The notes under the pieces: generated by a model
The model's database searches: none
What the model was told of the DNA's origin: nothing
The model's input: the letters and a program-made list of their open reading frames with translations, nothing else
Position numbers and translations under genes: made by a program
Shown here: piece after piece, positions 1 through 9,090 of the stretch
Position numbering within the stretch: the stretch's first letter is position 1
How the letters are laid out: every line of letters starts with the position of its first letter
NCBI GenBank assembly: GCA_038320345.1
Contig: JBBQED010000015.1
Location: 6,447 to 70,446 of the forward strand
Reading direction: 5' to 3'
Length of the DNA: 64,000 nt
Source of the DNA: Bacteroidia bacterium
Lineage (GTDB): Bacteria; Bacteroidota; Bacteroidia; AKYH767-A; OLB10

Positions 1-345
1 CGCAGCAACAAAGGTTACTGCACTTACTGAACCATAAGCAGCTGCAATCGCACCAGAGTCGCTGATGCTGAGTTTTCTTTTAAGAATAAAAAATGTATAC
101 AGCGGAATGAGCGAGGCTAAGGCTAGTCCGAAGAGGAGGGAATACGCAATTTCACTGGTAAATCCACTATGCGATAGTTCTTGTCCACCTTTAAATCCAA
201 TGGAGAATAAAAGATAAATGGAAATAAACTTACTGGATGATTCAGGAATCTCTAAGTCGCTTTTTACCGTTGTTGCTAATATTCCTAAGACGAAAAATAA
301 AAGTGTTGGATTAGTTAAATTTGATAGTAAGATCTGAAAGTCCAT
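1..345 (-). CDS. Polytopic membrane permease, N-terminal part only. The start is at 345 and the 3' end runs off the window. The N-terminus resembles the SbtA/DUF897 permease family.
   Basis: Reverse-complement translation from ATG 345..343 gives MDFQILLSNLTNPTLLFFVLGILATTVKSDLEIPESS... with hydrophobic segments. It has no stop before position 1, and I think this is why it is missing from the ORF track. Confidence 0.4.
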   Translation of the reverse strand, partial: MDFQILLSNLTNPTLLFFVLGILATTVKSDLEIPESSSKFISIYLLFSIGFKGGQELSHSGFTSEIAYSLLFGLALASLIPLYTFFILKRKLSISDSGAIAAAYGSVSAVTFVAA

Positions 346-407
346 ATTTTAGATGAATGTAATAGTGTGTTACCTTCTTGCTTTTAAGTGGTTAATTTAA
401 TGCGTTA

Positions 408-1841
408 TTATTTATATATGGTTCCTATCGTCCATTTGTAGGAAGCCTCGGTTTTAAAATATTTCGACTGAAGTTCGGATAGTTTTATCTGTGATTCTAA
501 ATATCGATTTTCCCGAGTGTTTACTAAGAATAGTGAACTTTCTCCATTGCTCAATCGAGCAGTTTCCCCATCTAATAATTGCTTAAAACTTTTGATAGTT
601 TCTTCGTAGAGTTGGATTTGTTGTTTTAAAATAACCAACTCATTGTAATACGTTTTTAATTTATTTAGCAATTCTTGTTGCTTATAGTCAAAAGCTAATT
701 TTGTTTCTTGAATTTTGAGATTGGTGAGTTTTAATTCCCCTCTGCCCTGCATAAAAGTTAGAGGCATTGTAAAATTTATCCCTAATTTATAATTGTTGGT
801 GTAAATAGGTTCTGGGTTACTTTGAAATTTGAAGTCTTCCAACAATAAATTGTAATTGAAATTTAGCAGTGGTTTTAAACTTTCAATTTTCAGTTTACGT
901 TCAATATTTAACTGGTTCAACTTAAAATTATAATTCAACAATGCTGGATGTGATAATTTCAGTTGTTCTGATAATTCCTCTAACTTAGAAAGTTTAATTT
1001 CATCATTTAAGTTAACGGGTAATATCGCATTAGGGATAATGGTAGTATCGATGCCTCGTGGTAAATCATTTTCTAACCACAAATAATTTGATACTTCTAA
1101 TCCAGTATTCCAAAAGTGAAGAAGTGCTTCGTTATACTGAAATTTCCGTTGTTGTAATTGTGTAAGTGCTTCCACTGTGTCGATTGCTGATCGATCACCA
1201 TATTCAACAGTTACCTTTGTAGCATCAAAGCGCAATTTAGCCACACGAACAGCTTCTTTATAAACGGAATATTCATTGTAAGCATAACTCCATTCAGCAT
1301 AAGCCGTTAGTGCACTAAGTAATAAGTCGTTAAGTTGTAATATCCGTTCTTGCTCGTTCGATTCTCGAAATATTCTGGCTTGTTTTAGAGAAGCTCTTTG
1401 TTTATCCAATACCAAGTTTCTTGCAAGGGGAATTGATATTCCAATGTACCCTAGGCCGTCGTTGGGTAAAGTATTTTCCGGATTCAGATATTTACCTTCT
1501 GAAAAATCATAGCCCGCATAAAGATCTACACCATACCATGTAGGAATACTTAATTTGTTTTCGAAGTAGGAGTAATAATTGTTTCCATCAAATGTTTTAT
1601 TAGTATAATTCGAGTAGATTTTAGGATCCCACCCGCTCTGAGCAATGAGTAATTGTGCTTGAGCTTCTTTGGAGAGTAAATTCGCCTGTTTCGCTAAGGG
1701 ATGATATTGTTTTACAATTTCAATGAACTCACTAACAGTTAGAGTTTTCTGGGCTTCAGTCTGGGAGTATGCTGAATTTATATTACTCAATAGCAATAGT
1801 AGCATGCAAGAAGCAATGCAAGTAAATTTAACTACTGTCAT
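408..1841 (-). CDS. TolC-family outer membrane efflux protein
   Basis: 477 aa with an N-terminal signal peptide (MTVVKFTCIASCMLLLLLSNINSAYSQ). It has the two-repeat architecture typical of the outer membrane efflux protein family. Its start overlaps the HlyD stop by 4 bp. Confidence 0.85.
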   Translation of the reverse strand: MTVVKFTCIASCMLLLLLSNINSAYSQTEAQKTLTVSEFIEIVKQYHPLAKQANLLSKEAQAQLLIAQSGWDPKIYSNYTNKTFDGNNYYSYFENKLSIPTWYGVDLYAGYDFSEGKYLNPENTLPNDGLGYIGISIPLARNLVLDKQRASLKQARIFRESNEQERILQLNDLLLSALTAYAEWSYAYNEYSVYKEAVRVAKLRFDATKVTVEYGDRSAIDTVEALTQLQQRKFQYNEALLHFWNTGLEVSNYLWLENDLPRGIDTTIIPNAILPVNLNDEIKLSKLEELSEQLKLSHPALLNYNFKLNQLNIERKLKIESLKPLLNFNYNLLLEDFKFQSNPEPIYTNNYKLGINFTMPLTFMQGRGELKLTNLKIQETKLAFDYKQQELLNKLKTYYNELVILKQQIQLYEETIKSFKQLLDGETARLSNGESSLFLVNTRENRYLESQIKLSELQSKYFKTEASYKWTIGTIYK

Positions 1842-3184
1842 TGCTTTTTACTTTTTGTGGATTCTGTTAATTTATAAAAGTCGGGTGGGAAACCATTTAA
1901 GTTCCGCCATAATTCATACCAAATGGGAACATCCTTTAAGAGTACAATTCCTCTAGCACCACTACCCACTTTTAACGCCAAGGGCCATGGTATTTCATCT
2001 TCATCTTCTGCCACTAATATTCTAAATTTTCCATTATCCGAAATGGAGTTATCAATTGCAATTACTTTTCCACTGAAAGTACCGTAGCCCACGTTGGGCC
2101 AGCCGGTAAAGACTATAGTAGGCCAACCATCGAATTGAAAACGTACCTTTTGTCGAAGAGAAATTAAGGGTAGGTCCATTGGCTTGACATACATCTCTAC
2201 TGCGTAGTGAAATTGCTTGGGAACGATCTTTACCATCAACTCTCCCTCTTTTACGACTTCTCCAATTCCCGCAGAAATTGTTTTGGTAATCTGACCATCT
2301 TGAGGAGCGAGCACATGGTAAAAGGCATTCCGTAATGCATAATTCGAAAATTGATTTTTTAGTTTAGCAACTTCGCCTTCGCCAATAGTTGTTTCGCTGA
2401 GCGTAGAAAATTTATCTCCTTGAGCTTTGGATATTTTTTCGGAATATTCTTTTTCTATTTGTGAAAATTCAAGTCGAGTATTTAATAATTCATTTTTAGT
2501 ATTGCTAAATTTATTTTCTGCTATCGTGCGTTTGGCATCTGCATTTTGTAATTGTTGTTTACGTTGTTCCAATTCTGTAAGCGACTTCAAACCTTGTTTG
2601 TATAGCTCCTCTTGTCGCTTGAATTGATCTTGCGCAATTTTAATTTCTGTTTTAGCAGCTTCATAAGCAACACTATCGCTTTGAACATGTAGAATAGCCT
2701 GCTTAATTTTATTGGTGGTAATACTTAACTTTAATTCTCGTGTTTGATATAAAGCTTGGATTTGATTTTGAATCGCCGAAACTTTTTCTCGGTAAAAATT
2801 TATAGTAGCTTCTTTAGCAGCGATTTGCTCTTTCGTTCTTTTTAATAAATTAGGATCAAGATAATTCTCCTTTACTTCAGTGATCTTTAAGATGGTATCT
2901 CCTTTCCGAACTAAATCCCCTTCTTTAACAAACCATTTTTCTATTCTACCTGCGATTATTGAATTTAGCTGTTGAGGGCGTTGTTCTGGCGAACTAGTTG
3001 TAACGAGGCCATTGGCTTGTATGTTTTGAGTCCAAGGAAGAAATAGAAAAAGAAGAAATACAATTAAAATACCGAGCACCCATCTCGTTATTTTTTCTTC
3101 ACCTTCCACTAAAAAAGCCTTTTTGTAGGACGTGAATCCCTCTTTTTCACAAAGCGTATCTTTATTATCTTCTGAAAGCCACAT
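1838..3184 (-). CDS. HlyD-family membrane fusion (periplasmic adaptor) protein
   Basis: 448 aa with a single N-terminal TM helix (WVLGILIVFLLFLFLPW), a long coiled-coil region and a C-terminal beta-barrel region. It sits between the ABC and TolC genes with a 4-bp overlap and an 8-bp gap. Confidence 0.85.
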   Translation of the reverse strand: MWLSEDNKDTLCEKEGFTSYKKAFLVEGEEKITRWVLGILIVFLLFLFLPWTQNIQANGLVTTSSPEQRPQQLNSIIAGRIEKWFVKEGDLVRKGDTILKITEVKENYLDPNLLKRTKEQIAAKEATINFYREKVSAIQNQIQALYQTRELKLSITTNKIKQAILHVQSDSVAYEAAKTEIKIAQDQFKRQEELYKQGLKSLTELEQRKQQLQNADAKRTIAENKFSNTKNELLNTRLEFSQIEKEYSEKISKAQGDKFSTLSETTIGEGEVAKLKNQFSNYALRNAFYHVLAPQDGQITKTISAGIGEVVKEGELMVKIVPKQFHYAVEMYVKPMDLPLISLRQKVRFQFDGWPTIVFTGWPNVGYGTFSGKVIAIDNSISDNGKFRILVAEDEDEIPWPLALKVGSGARGIVLLKDVPIWYELWRNLNGFPPDFYKLTESTKSKKQ

Positions 3185-3192
3185 ATTCTGAA

Positions 3193-4929
3193 TTATAAAC
3201 TTAAATGCTTAAACATACGTTTGTATTCTTCTGAATTATTCAACTCAGCGAATGAACCATTCTTTAATATTTTACCATCTTCTAATAAGATAATTCTATC
3301 GCAATTTCTTGCAAAGTGCACATCATTGGTAACTGCAATGAGGGTAAATTCATTATTGGGAGAGAATAAGTTTTTTATAAATATTTCTTGTTCTATGGCT
3401 TCTAATCCACTCCAAAAATCTTCTAATAAAAAGAGTTTAGGTTTAGTTAAAATGGCGCGCGTAAGTAGAATTTTGTTTACTGTTGTTATCGGCAGTTTTC
3501 TTCCAAGTGTCTCAATACGGGTTTCTAAACCATTACTTAATGATTGTATGAACGGCAATAATCCCGTTTGTTCAGCAGTGGATAAGATTGTATTGGTAGT
3601 AATTTCTGTATCACCTAAGGTTAAATTATCATAGAGCGTGCTTGAAAACAAATCAGCCGTACCAAGATATACGCCAATCTCCGATCTCAACTTTTGTAAG
3701 TTGTAGTTGCCTAATGGATAATTGTTGTATAAAAGGTTTCCACTATAATTTAAAAAACCTCCTGTAAAGAGTTTTAGCAAGGTAGATTTGCCCGATCCCT
3801 GCGTGCCGAAGATGCAAATTTTTTCTCCCGATTTAATTTCAAAATTCAGATGATGTAATACACGATCGTCATCATCGCTATAAGCGAAACTTAGATTTTC
3901 AGCTTTAATCGATATTCCTTTCGAATTACTAATCTCTGAAATATCGATTCCATCTTCTTTCTCAGTAGGCTTATCTAAAATTTTACTTACTTTTTCCAGT
4001 GAGGTAAGCATGTCATACACGACATCTAGGCTGCCGATAATTTTTTCTATCGAGTTTAATAAGGTAATGATTATGATTTCTGAAGCAATAAATTGACCGA
4101 TGTTGATTTGTTGTTTTAAAACTAACCAACCTCCTATAATTAAAAGCAATGCAGTGATGGTTACTTTAAAGAAGACAAATGCCCAGTACTGGACTTTTAA
4201 AACTTTAAAATGTTCTGATCTTGCATCAAGATAACCACTTACAAATTTATCAGCTTTTTGCACGGGGAAATCGGTTCTACCCATGAACTTTATGGTCTTG
4301 ATGATTCGAGCCACTTCTTCTAGCCAATAACCAACTCTATATTTGTAATTGCTTTCTTCTAAGGATGTGGTAATTCCCTTTTTGTAAGTAATATGTAAAG
4401 TGAAGATCATTAGTGCCACTAAGAATATCCCAAATGCAATAAAGATGGGATGGTAAAATGAAAGTAGCAAGAGGCCAAAAAATACTTGAATGGATGCTGC
4501 TGGCAATTCTAGCAGTATTTTACTAATTCCCTTTTGTAATGATGCAATGTCAAAAAAACGATTTACTAATTCTGGTAAGTAGTAATCTTCAATCGCTGTT
4601 AAGTCTAATCGTGGAATTTTGTAAGCAAATTGCAAGCTATAGCGTGTGAAAATTCTACGCTGTATATTTTCGTTAATCTTCATTTGCATGATCTGTAGCC
4701 AGCCATTCAAGAATACACCTACTACAACCATTACTGTAAGTAAGATTAAGGATGTTGAAATGGTACCACTAAGTAGAAAATTGATGATAGCTTGTATCCC
4801 CAAGGGTAGCGATAAATAAATAATTCCACTGACGAATGCAAAGAAGTAAATACTCTTTACCTCTTTTTTTTCAAGAGCAATTAATTCTAAAAAGCGTTTG
4901 AGGGGTTGCCGATAATTTATTATAGACAT
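3193..4929 (-). CDS. ABC exporter with fused transmembrane domain and nucleotide-binding domain. There is no C39 peptidase domain. Walker A is intact but the signature, Walker B and H-loop look degenerate.
   Basis: 578 aa with an N-terminal 6-TM exporter domain. Walker A is GTQGSGKST. Where LSGGQ would be expected the sequence reads LPITT, where hhhhDE would be expected it reads LFLLEDF, and the H-loop region reads AVTNDVHF. Confidence 0.8.
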   Translation of the reverse strand: MSIINYRQPLKRFLELIALEKKEVKSIYFFAFVSGIIYLSLPLGIQAIINFLLSGTISTSLILLTVMVVVGVFLNGWLQIMQMKINENIQRRIFTRYSLQFAYKIPRLDLTAIEDYYLPELVNRFFDIASLQKGISKILLELPAASIQVFFGLLLLSFYHPIFIAFGIFLVALMIFTLHITYKKGITTSLEESNYKYRVGYWLEEVARIIKTIKFMGRTDFPVQKADKFVSGYLDARSEHFKVLKVQYWAFVFFKVTITALLLIIGGWLVLKQQINIGQFIASEIIIITLLNSIEKIIGSLDVVYDMLTSLEKVSKILDKPTEKEDGIDISEISNSKGISIKAENLSFAYSDDDDRVLHHLNFEIKSGEKICIFGTQGSGKSTLLKLFTGGFLNYSGNLLYNNYPLGNYNLQKLRSEIGVYLGTADLFSSTLYDNLTLGDTEITTNTILSTAEQTGLLPFIQSLSNGLETRIETLGRKLPITTVNKILLTRAILTKPKLFLLEDFWSGLEAIEQEIFIKNLFSPNNEFTLIAVTNDVHFARNCDRIILLEDGKILKNGSFAELNNSEEYKRMFKHLSL

Positions 4930-5420
4930 TCAGAATTGTTGTAAACGGTTAACAATGTTGATACTTTATCAGTTATAAGACCCTGTACGTTGATTCCTAA
5001 CATATCGATCTCGCTCTTGAGTATTTTTTCATTGTTTAAATAGCCTAGTTGTTGGATAATATTATGTTCCGCAAGACGACCTTTTTTAATTTCCAGCGGT
5101 ACATTGCGCTCATAAGTTGAATCTAACTTTTGAGCTAATAATCGAAGTTCTTTCTCACAATTTAATCCAAATTCCTTTTTATAGGTTAGCGCTTCTTCAA
5201 GGAAATTGCAAGAAATGTCAGTTACCAAATATACGTTTTTTATGTTTTTCTGGCGTAAAAAGTCCTTGATACTCGTAATTTCGCTTTCATTATAATTCAA
5301 GACCATTGCTGTAGAGGATAAAAAATATATCTCAGTGCCAAACCGTTCCTCTAAAAAGTGATTTAATTGACAAAATGGACAGGTAATATATAAGGATGCA
5401 TTGGGGTTTATTTTTTTCAT
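4920..5420 (-). CDS. Hypothetical 166-aa protein with an N-terminal CPFC motif, which resembles a thioredoxin or glutaredoxin active site. It is the first gene of the exporter operon.
   Basis: ASLYITCPFCQLNHFLEE lies near the N-terminus. There is no signal peptide. The stop overlaps the ABC gene start by 10 bp. Confidence 0.5.
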   Translation of the reverse strand: MKKINPNASLYITCPFCQLNHFLEERFGTEIYFLSSTAMVLNYNESEITSIKDFLRQKNIKNVYLVTDISCNFLEEALTYKKEFGLNCEKELRLLAQKLDSTYERNVPLEIKKGRLAEHNIIQQLGYLNNEKILKSEIDMLGINVQGLITDKVSTLLTVYNNSECL

Positions 5421-5559
5421 CGTCTTACTTCGAGATCTTAAATGGTAAACGTTCGGCTTTCGATTTGTTCTTTAAAAACTAGTATTTATGCAACTTTAAT
5501 GCGATTTTTATTTACGATTTTAGCTTATTGAATCATGACTTCCTTCATAAGTCAAGTTG

Positions 5560-6405
5560 TTAAGGATTGCAGAAATCGCAGTACATCGGATCTTCTTCGG
5601 TCTTGCCATGTGGAAATTGATCTTCTTTAGTATATGCACATTGTGTACATGTATATTGAAAGCTTAACGTGGAACGAGTTTTAAGTCCGCAAAGGCTACA
5701 TGGCAACCCTCGTATGACGGCGGTAATCCCAAATCCTGGAGTGCTGCATTCGGGACATTGTGATTGAATCTTCTTTACTAGTTTAGTTGCAACTTTTTCT
5801 ATCACTTCCATCCTTGTTGGATTGAACATTGCTCTCATGTCGGTCATCACATACACTTGTCCATATTTATTCAACAATACATGGAAAGATGTTATTAGCA
5901 AATTCCAATCTCTAATTCCTTTTATTAGTTCGGCATTTTCAACTTTTGATTTCTTCAGTATTAATCCATGAGAAGGAAATTTTATGCTTTTAGCAAAATC
6001 TACCAGTTCCTTTTCTGTTCTTATTTCTTTACCGTTGAAATTTGTGTCTGTGCTTAATACTCTTTCAATAATTTCAAGTTTGTTTTTGTGATCAATAAAT
6101 ATGATGAATTCATCATCAGCAGGCATAAATAAGATCGAAGGGTGCGGACCAAATGAACCTTCACTCGCAATAGCCATATCGCATGCTGTAATTTTCATGG
6201 CCATCAAACATTTGTTCCTTACAGTAGTGAGGGGGTCATCTTTCCTATCAACTTCTCCTGTAAAGGTTCCAAATTCATCGGTGTCAATCGCGGGTGATAC
6301 AAAACATTTTACCCCAATTTCTTTTTCAAAAATTGGGGTAATTACCTTTTCCTTTTCGTGTTTTGTTGCAATGAGTAAGTTTCTTCCTTGGAATATATTA
6401 CTCAT
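5560..6405 (-). CDS. Hypothetical protein with a C-terminal double zinc ribbon made of four CxxC motifs
   Basis: 281 aa. The C-terminus reads CPEC...CSLCG...CTQC...CDFC. The N-terminal ~200 aa are unassigned. Confidence 0.5.
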   Translation of the reverse strand: MSNIFQGRNLLIATKHEKEKVITPIFEKEIGVKCFVSPAIDTDEFGTFTGEVDRKDDPLTTVRNKCLMAMKITACDMAIASEGSFGPHPSILFMPADDEFIIFIDHKNKLEIIERVLSTDTNFNGKEIRTEKELVDFAKSIKFPSHGLILKKSKVENAELIKGIRDWNLLITSFHVLLNKYGQVYVMTDMRAMFNPTRMEVIEKVATKLVKKIQSQCPECSTPGFGITAVIRGLPCSLCGLKTRSTLSFQYTCTQCAYTKEDQFPHGKTEEDPMYCDFCNP

Positions 6406-6438
6406 GTAAGTAGGCTTGTTGTTTTGATTGGCTTTAGA

Positions 6439-6506
6439 TCTAGACTACTTCTTTTGCTGTTACTGCGCTGATAATTTTTGAATTAGAATGGATTTTTCTA
6501 GACTAC
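6439..6506. promoter_or_regulatory. Two exact copies of TCTAGACTAC, 58 bp apart, in the icd 3' region and the promoter of the zinc-ribbon gene
   Basis: The 10-mer occurs at 6439..6448 and 6497..6506. It contains the palindromic core TCTAGA. Confidence 0.3.
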
Positions 6507-6530
6507 AATACATTCATCATTGAATCATTC

Positions 6531-8000
6531 TCATTGCCCTTGTCCTAGCGAGAAAGCCGGTGTTCCATCAAAGGAGTATAAGTTTTCTGTTTTGATGGTA
6601 TCTATATTTTTTTCTATGGCTTTTCCTAATAACTCGATGATCTGAAGTTTGGTTATCGTTTTATCACTTACGGGTTTAAATCTACAACGCCAATGATCCG
6701 TACAGAAAGTTTCTTCAAATCCATCAGGATATACTTTTATCCCACGGTTAGTGATCATGGAAAGTTGTAGTTGATCCGTATTCAGTTGTTCAATTTGCTT
6801 AGCTAAATCATTAGGGGAGATATCGGCATGATGAACAAATATATCTACACCAATTAGCTCTTTTACTTTCGGTTGTTTACGTTTGTATTTTGGCAGATTT
6901 AAGGGCGTACCTTTCGAATAATTTACAGCTTTGAGGGTAACGGGTGTTTTACCAAGGTTACCGATAACAGCTTCCGCAAATTCTTTCGTTCCTACATTCT
7001 GTTTGCTAATGCCTTCTTTAAATACATCATAAGTATGTATTCCATCTTCAATGGTTTTTAGCCATGCATTTTGAATTTTCTCCGCCACTTCGGTTTGTCC
7101 AATATGATTTAGCATCATCACTGCTCCTTGCAAGAGACCCGATGGATTAGCTAAATTTTGTCCAGCTCTTCGTGGTGCAGATCCGTGTATGGCTTCAAAC
7201 ATCGCACATTCTTCACCGATATTGGCAGAACCCGCCAACCCTACTGACCCTGCAATTTGCGCAGCAACATCGCTTAAGATATCGCCATATAAATTCGGCA
7301 TTACAATCACATCAAATGCTTCTGGAGTATCCGCCATTTTAGCAGCTCCGATATCTATGATCCAATGTTCATTTTCAATGTCAGAATATTCTTTTGCGAT
7401 CTCATTAAATACTTCATGAAACAAGCCATCCGTTTGCTTCATGATATTGTCTTTTGTAAAACAGGTTACTTTTTTTCTCCCATATTGTCTGGCATACTCG
7501 AAAGCATATCTAACAATCTTCTCACAACCTGGGCGACTGATCAATTTCAAACATTGTATAACCTCATCGGTTTGTTGATGTTCGATACCCGCGTAAAGAT
7601 CTTCTTCGTTTTCTCTAACAATAACTAAATCCATTAATGGATGTTTGGTTTGAACAAACGGATGCATACTCATACAAGGTCGGACATTAGAATAGAGTCC
7701 TAAAAATTTCCTTGTAGTTACGTTTAAGCTTTTATACCCACCACCTTGAGGTGTTGTAATGGGTGCCTTTAAGAAAACTTTGTTTTTTCTGATGACATCC
7801 CAAGATTCTTTGGCAATACCGGATGTATTACCCGCTAAATACACTTTTTCACCTACTTCAATTTCTTCGATTTCTATCTTAGCACCTGCTGCCATTAAAA
7901 TTTTAAGTGTGGCATCCATAATTTCTGGACCGATACCATCTCCTTTTGCTACCGTTATTTTTTTCAATGCTGTCATGAAGTTGGGTTTTTTAGATTTCAA
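6531..8000 (-). CDS. icd: Isocitrate/isopropylmalate dehydrogenase family protein. It is most likely an NAD-dependent isocitrate dehydrogenase with a C-terminal extension.
   Basis: The family glycine-rich motif VAKGDGIGPEI is present, along with the conserved catalytic region NLYGDILSD. The length of 489 aa matches the Bacteroidetes NAD-IDH type. Confidence 0.8.
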   Translation of the reverse strand: MKSKKPNFMTALKKITVAKGDGIGPEIMDATLKILMAAGAKIEIEEIEVGEKVYLAGNTSGIAKESWDVIRKNKVFLKAPITTPQGGGYKSLNVTTRKFLGLYSNVRPCMSMHPFVQTKHPLMDLVIVRENEEDLYAGIEHQQTDEVIQCLKLISRPGCEKIVRYAFEYARQYGRKKVTCFTKDNIMKQTDGLFHEVFNEIAKEYSDIENEHWIIDIGAAKMADTPEAFDVIVMPNLYGDILSDVAAQIAGSVGLAGSANIGEECAMFEAIHGSAPRRAGQNLANPSGLLQGAVMMLNHIGQTEVAEKIQNAWLKTIEDGIHTYDVFKEGISKQNVGTKEFAEAVIGNLGKTPVTLKAVNYSKGTPLNLPKYKRKQPKVKELIGVDIFVHHADISPNDLAKQIEQLNTDQLQLSMITNRGIKVYPDGFEETFCTDHWRCRFKPVSDKTITKLQIIELLGKAIEKNIDTIKTENLYSFDGTPAFSLGQGQ

Positions 8001-8071
8001 CTTTGCAAAATTGTAGTTTTTACTTCATTAATTTTTATATAACTTTGCAATGATTAACATAAATTAAATTT

Positions 8072-9001
8072 ATGAATTACACCTTCAATCAATTACGCAT
8101 ATTCCTAAAAATCACTCAATTACAGAGTATTACGAAAGCTGCAGAGGATTTACACCTCACGCAACCCGCAGTTTCTATTCAGCTGAAAAATTTTCAAGCA
8201 CAGTTTGACATCCCATTAACGGAAATAATTGGTCGGCGAATTTTTATCACTGATTTCGGAAAAGAAATTGCCGTTGCCGCTGAAAATATTTTAAATGAAG
8301 TGTATTCCATTAATTATAAAACGCTAGCCTATAAAGGGCAACTGGCAGGTAAGTTGAGAATTTCGGTGGTATCAACTGGAAAATACATTATCCCTTATTT
8401 TCTCTCTGGTTTCTTAAAGCTTCATGATGGTATCGATTTGCAACTTGATGTTACTAATAAAGCGCAAGTGATAGATAGTTTAGAGAATAATGAAGTGGAT
8501 TTTTCATTAGTATCTGTTATGCCGGATAATATCAAGTTGAATAAATTGGAATTAATGGAAAATCAACTTTTTCTCATCGGTAACAAAGATCTAAGTTTCA
8601 AAGAAAAAATTTATGATAAAAAAATATTCGAAACCCTACCTTTAATTTATCGAGAGAAAGGCTCTGGAACTAGACTTGTCATGGAGAGATTTATTTTGAA
8701 GAATGATCTTCCTGTGAAAAAGAAAATGGAACTCACTTCAAACGAAGCAGTAAAGCAAGCGGTAATTGCTGGAATGGGCTATTCAATTATGCCCTTAATA
8801 GGAATTAAAAACGAAGTAAGCTCTGGCGAACTTCAAATTATACCAGTCAAAGGATTTCCAATAAAATCAGTGTGGAATTTAATATGGTTAAAAGATAAAG
8901 GATTTTCAATGGTGGCTAAATCATTTTTAAATTATGTAAAAGCCGAGAAAAAAAATATCATAAAAGAACATTTTTCATGGTTTGAAAGCGAGAAAGTTTG
9001 A
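8072..9001 (+). CDS. LysR-family transcriptional regulator
   Basis: N-terminal HTH (LRIFLKITQLQSITKAAEDLHLTQPAVSIQLKNFQ) followed by a substrate-binding domain. It is divergent from icd. Confidence 0.85.
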   Translation: MNYTFNQLRIFLKITQLQSITKAAEDLHLTQPAVSIQLKNFQAQFDIPLTEIIGRRIFITDFGKEIAVAAENILNEVYSINYKTLAYKGQLAGKLRISVVSTGKYIIPYFLSGFLKLHDGIDLQLDVTNKAQVIDSLENNEVDFSLVSVMPDNIKLNKLELMENQLFLIGNKDLSFKEKIYDKKIFETLPLIYREKGSGTRLVMERFILKNDLPVKKKMELTSNEAVKQAVIAGMGYSIMPLIGIKNEVSSGELQIIPVKGFPIKSVWNLIWLKDKGFSMVAKSFLNYVKAEKKNIIKEHFSWFESEKV

Positions 9002-9090
9002 GAATTATTTTTAAAGTACTTTCGAATTTTTAGATTCTAATTTTTCGAAATTTATTTTGAAAATTATCCCATAAAATTTATTATCATTTT

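Noticed and set aside
1723-1956. A 77-aa plus-strand ORF overlapping the TolC and HlyD junction. Similar short ORFs occur antisense inside long genes, for example 2427..2627, 3221..3634, 6101..6409, 7189..8016, 12146..12629, 23231..24591, 43697..44671 and 53040..53512.
   Set aside because: They lie entirely inside, and antisense to, long ORFs with convincing homology. They have low-complexity or random composition and no start context, so they are spurious six-frame artefacts.
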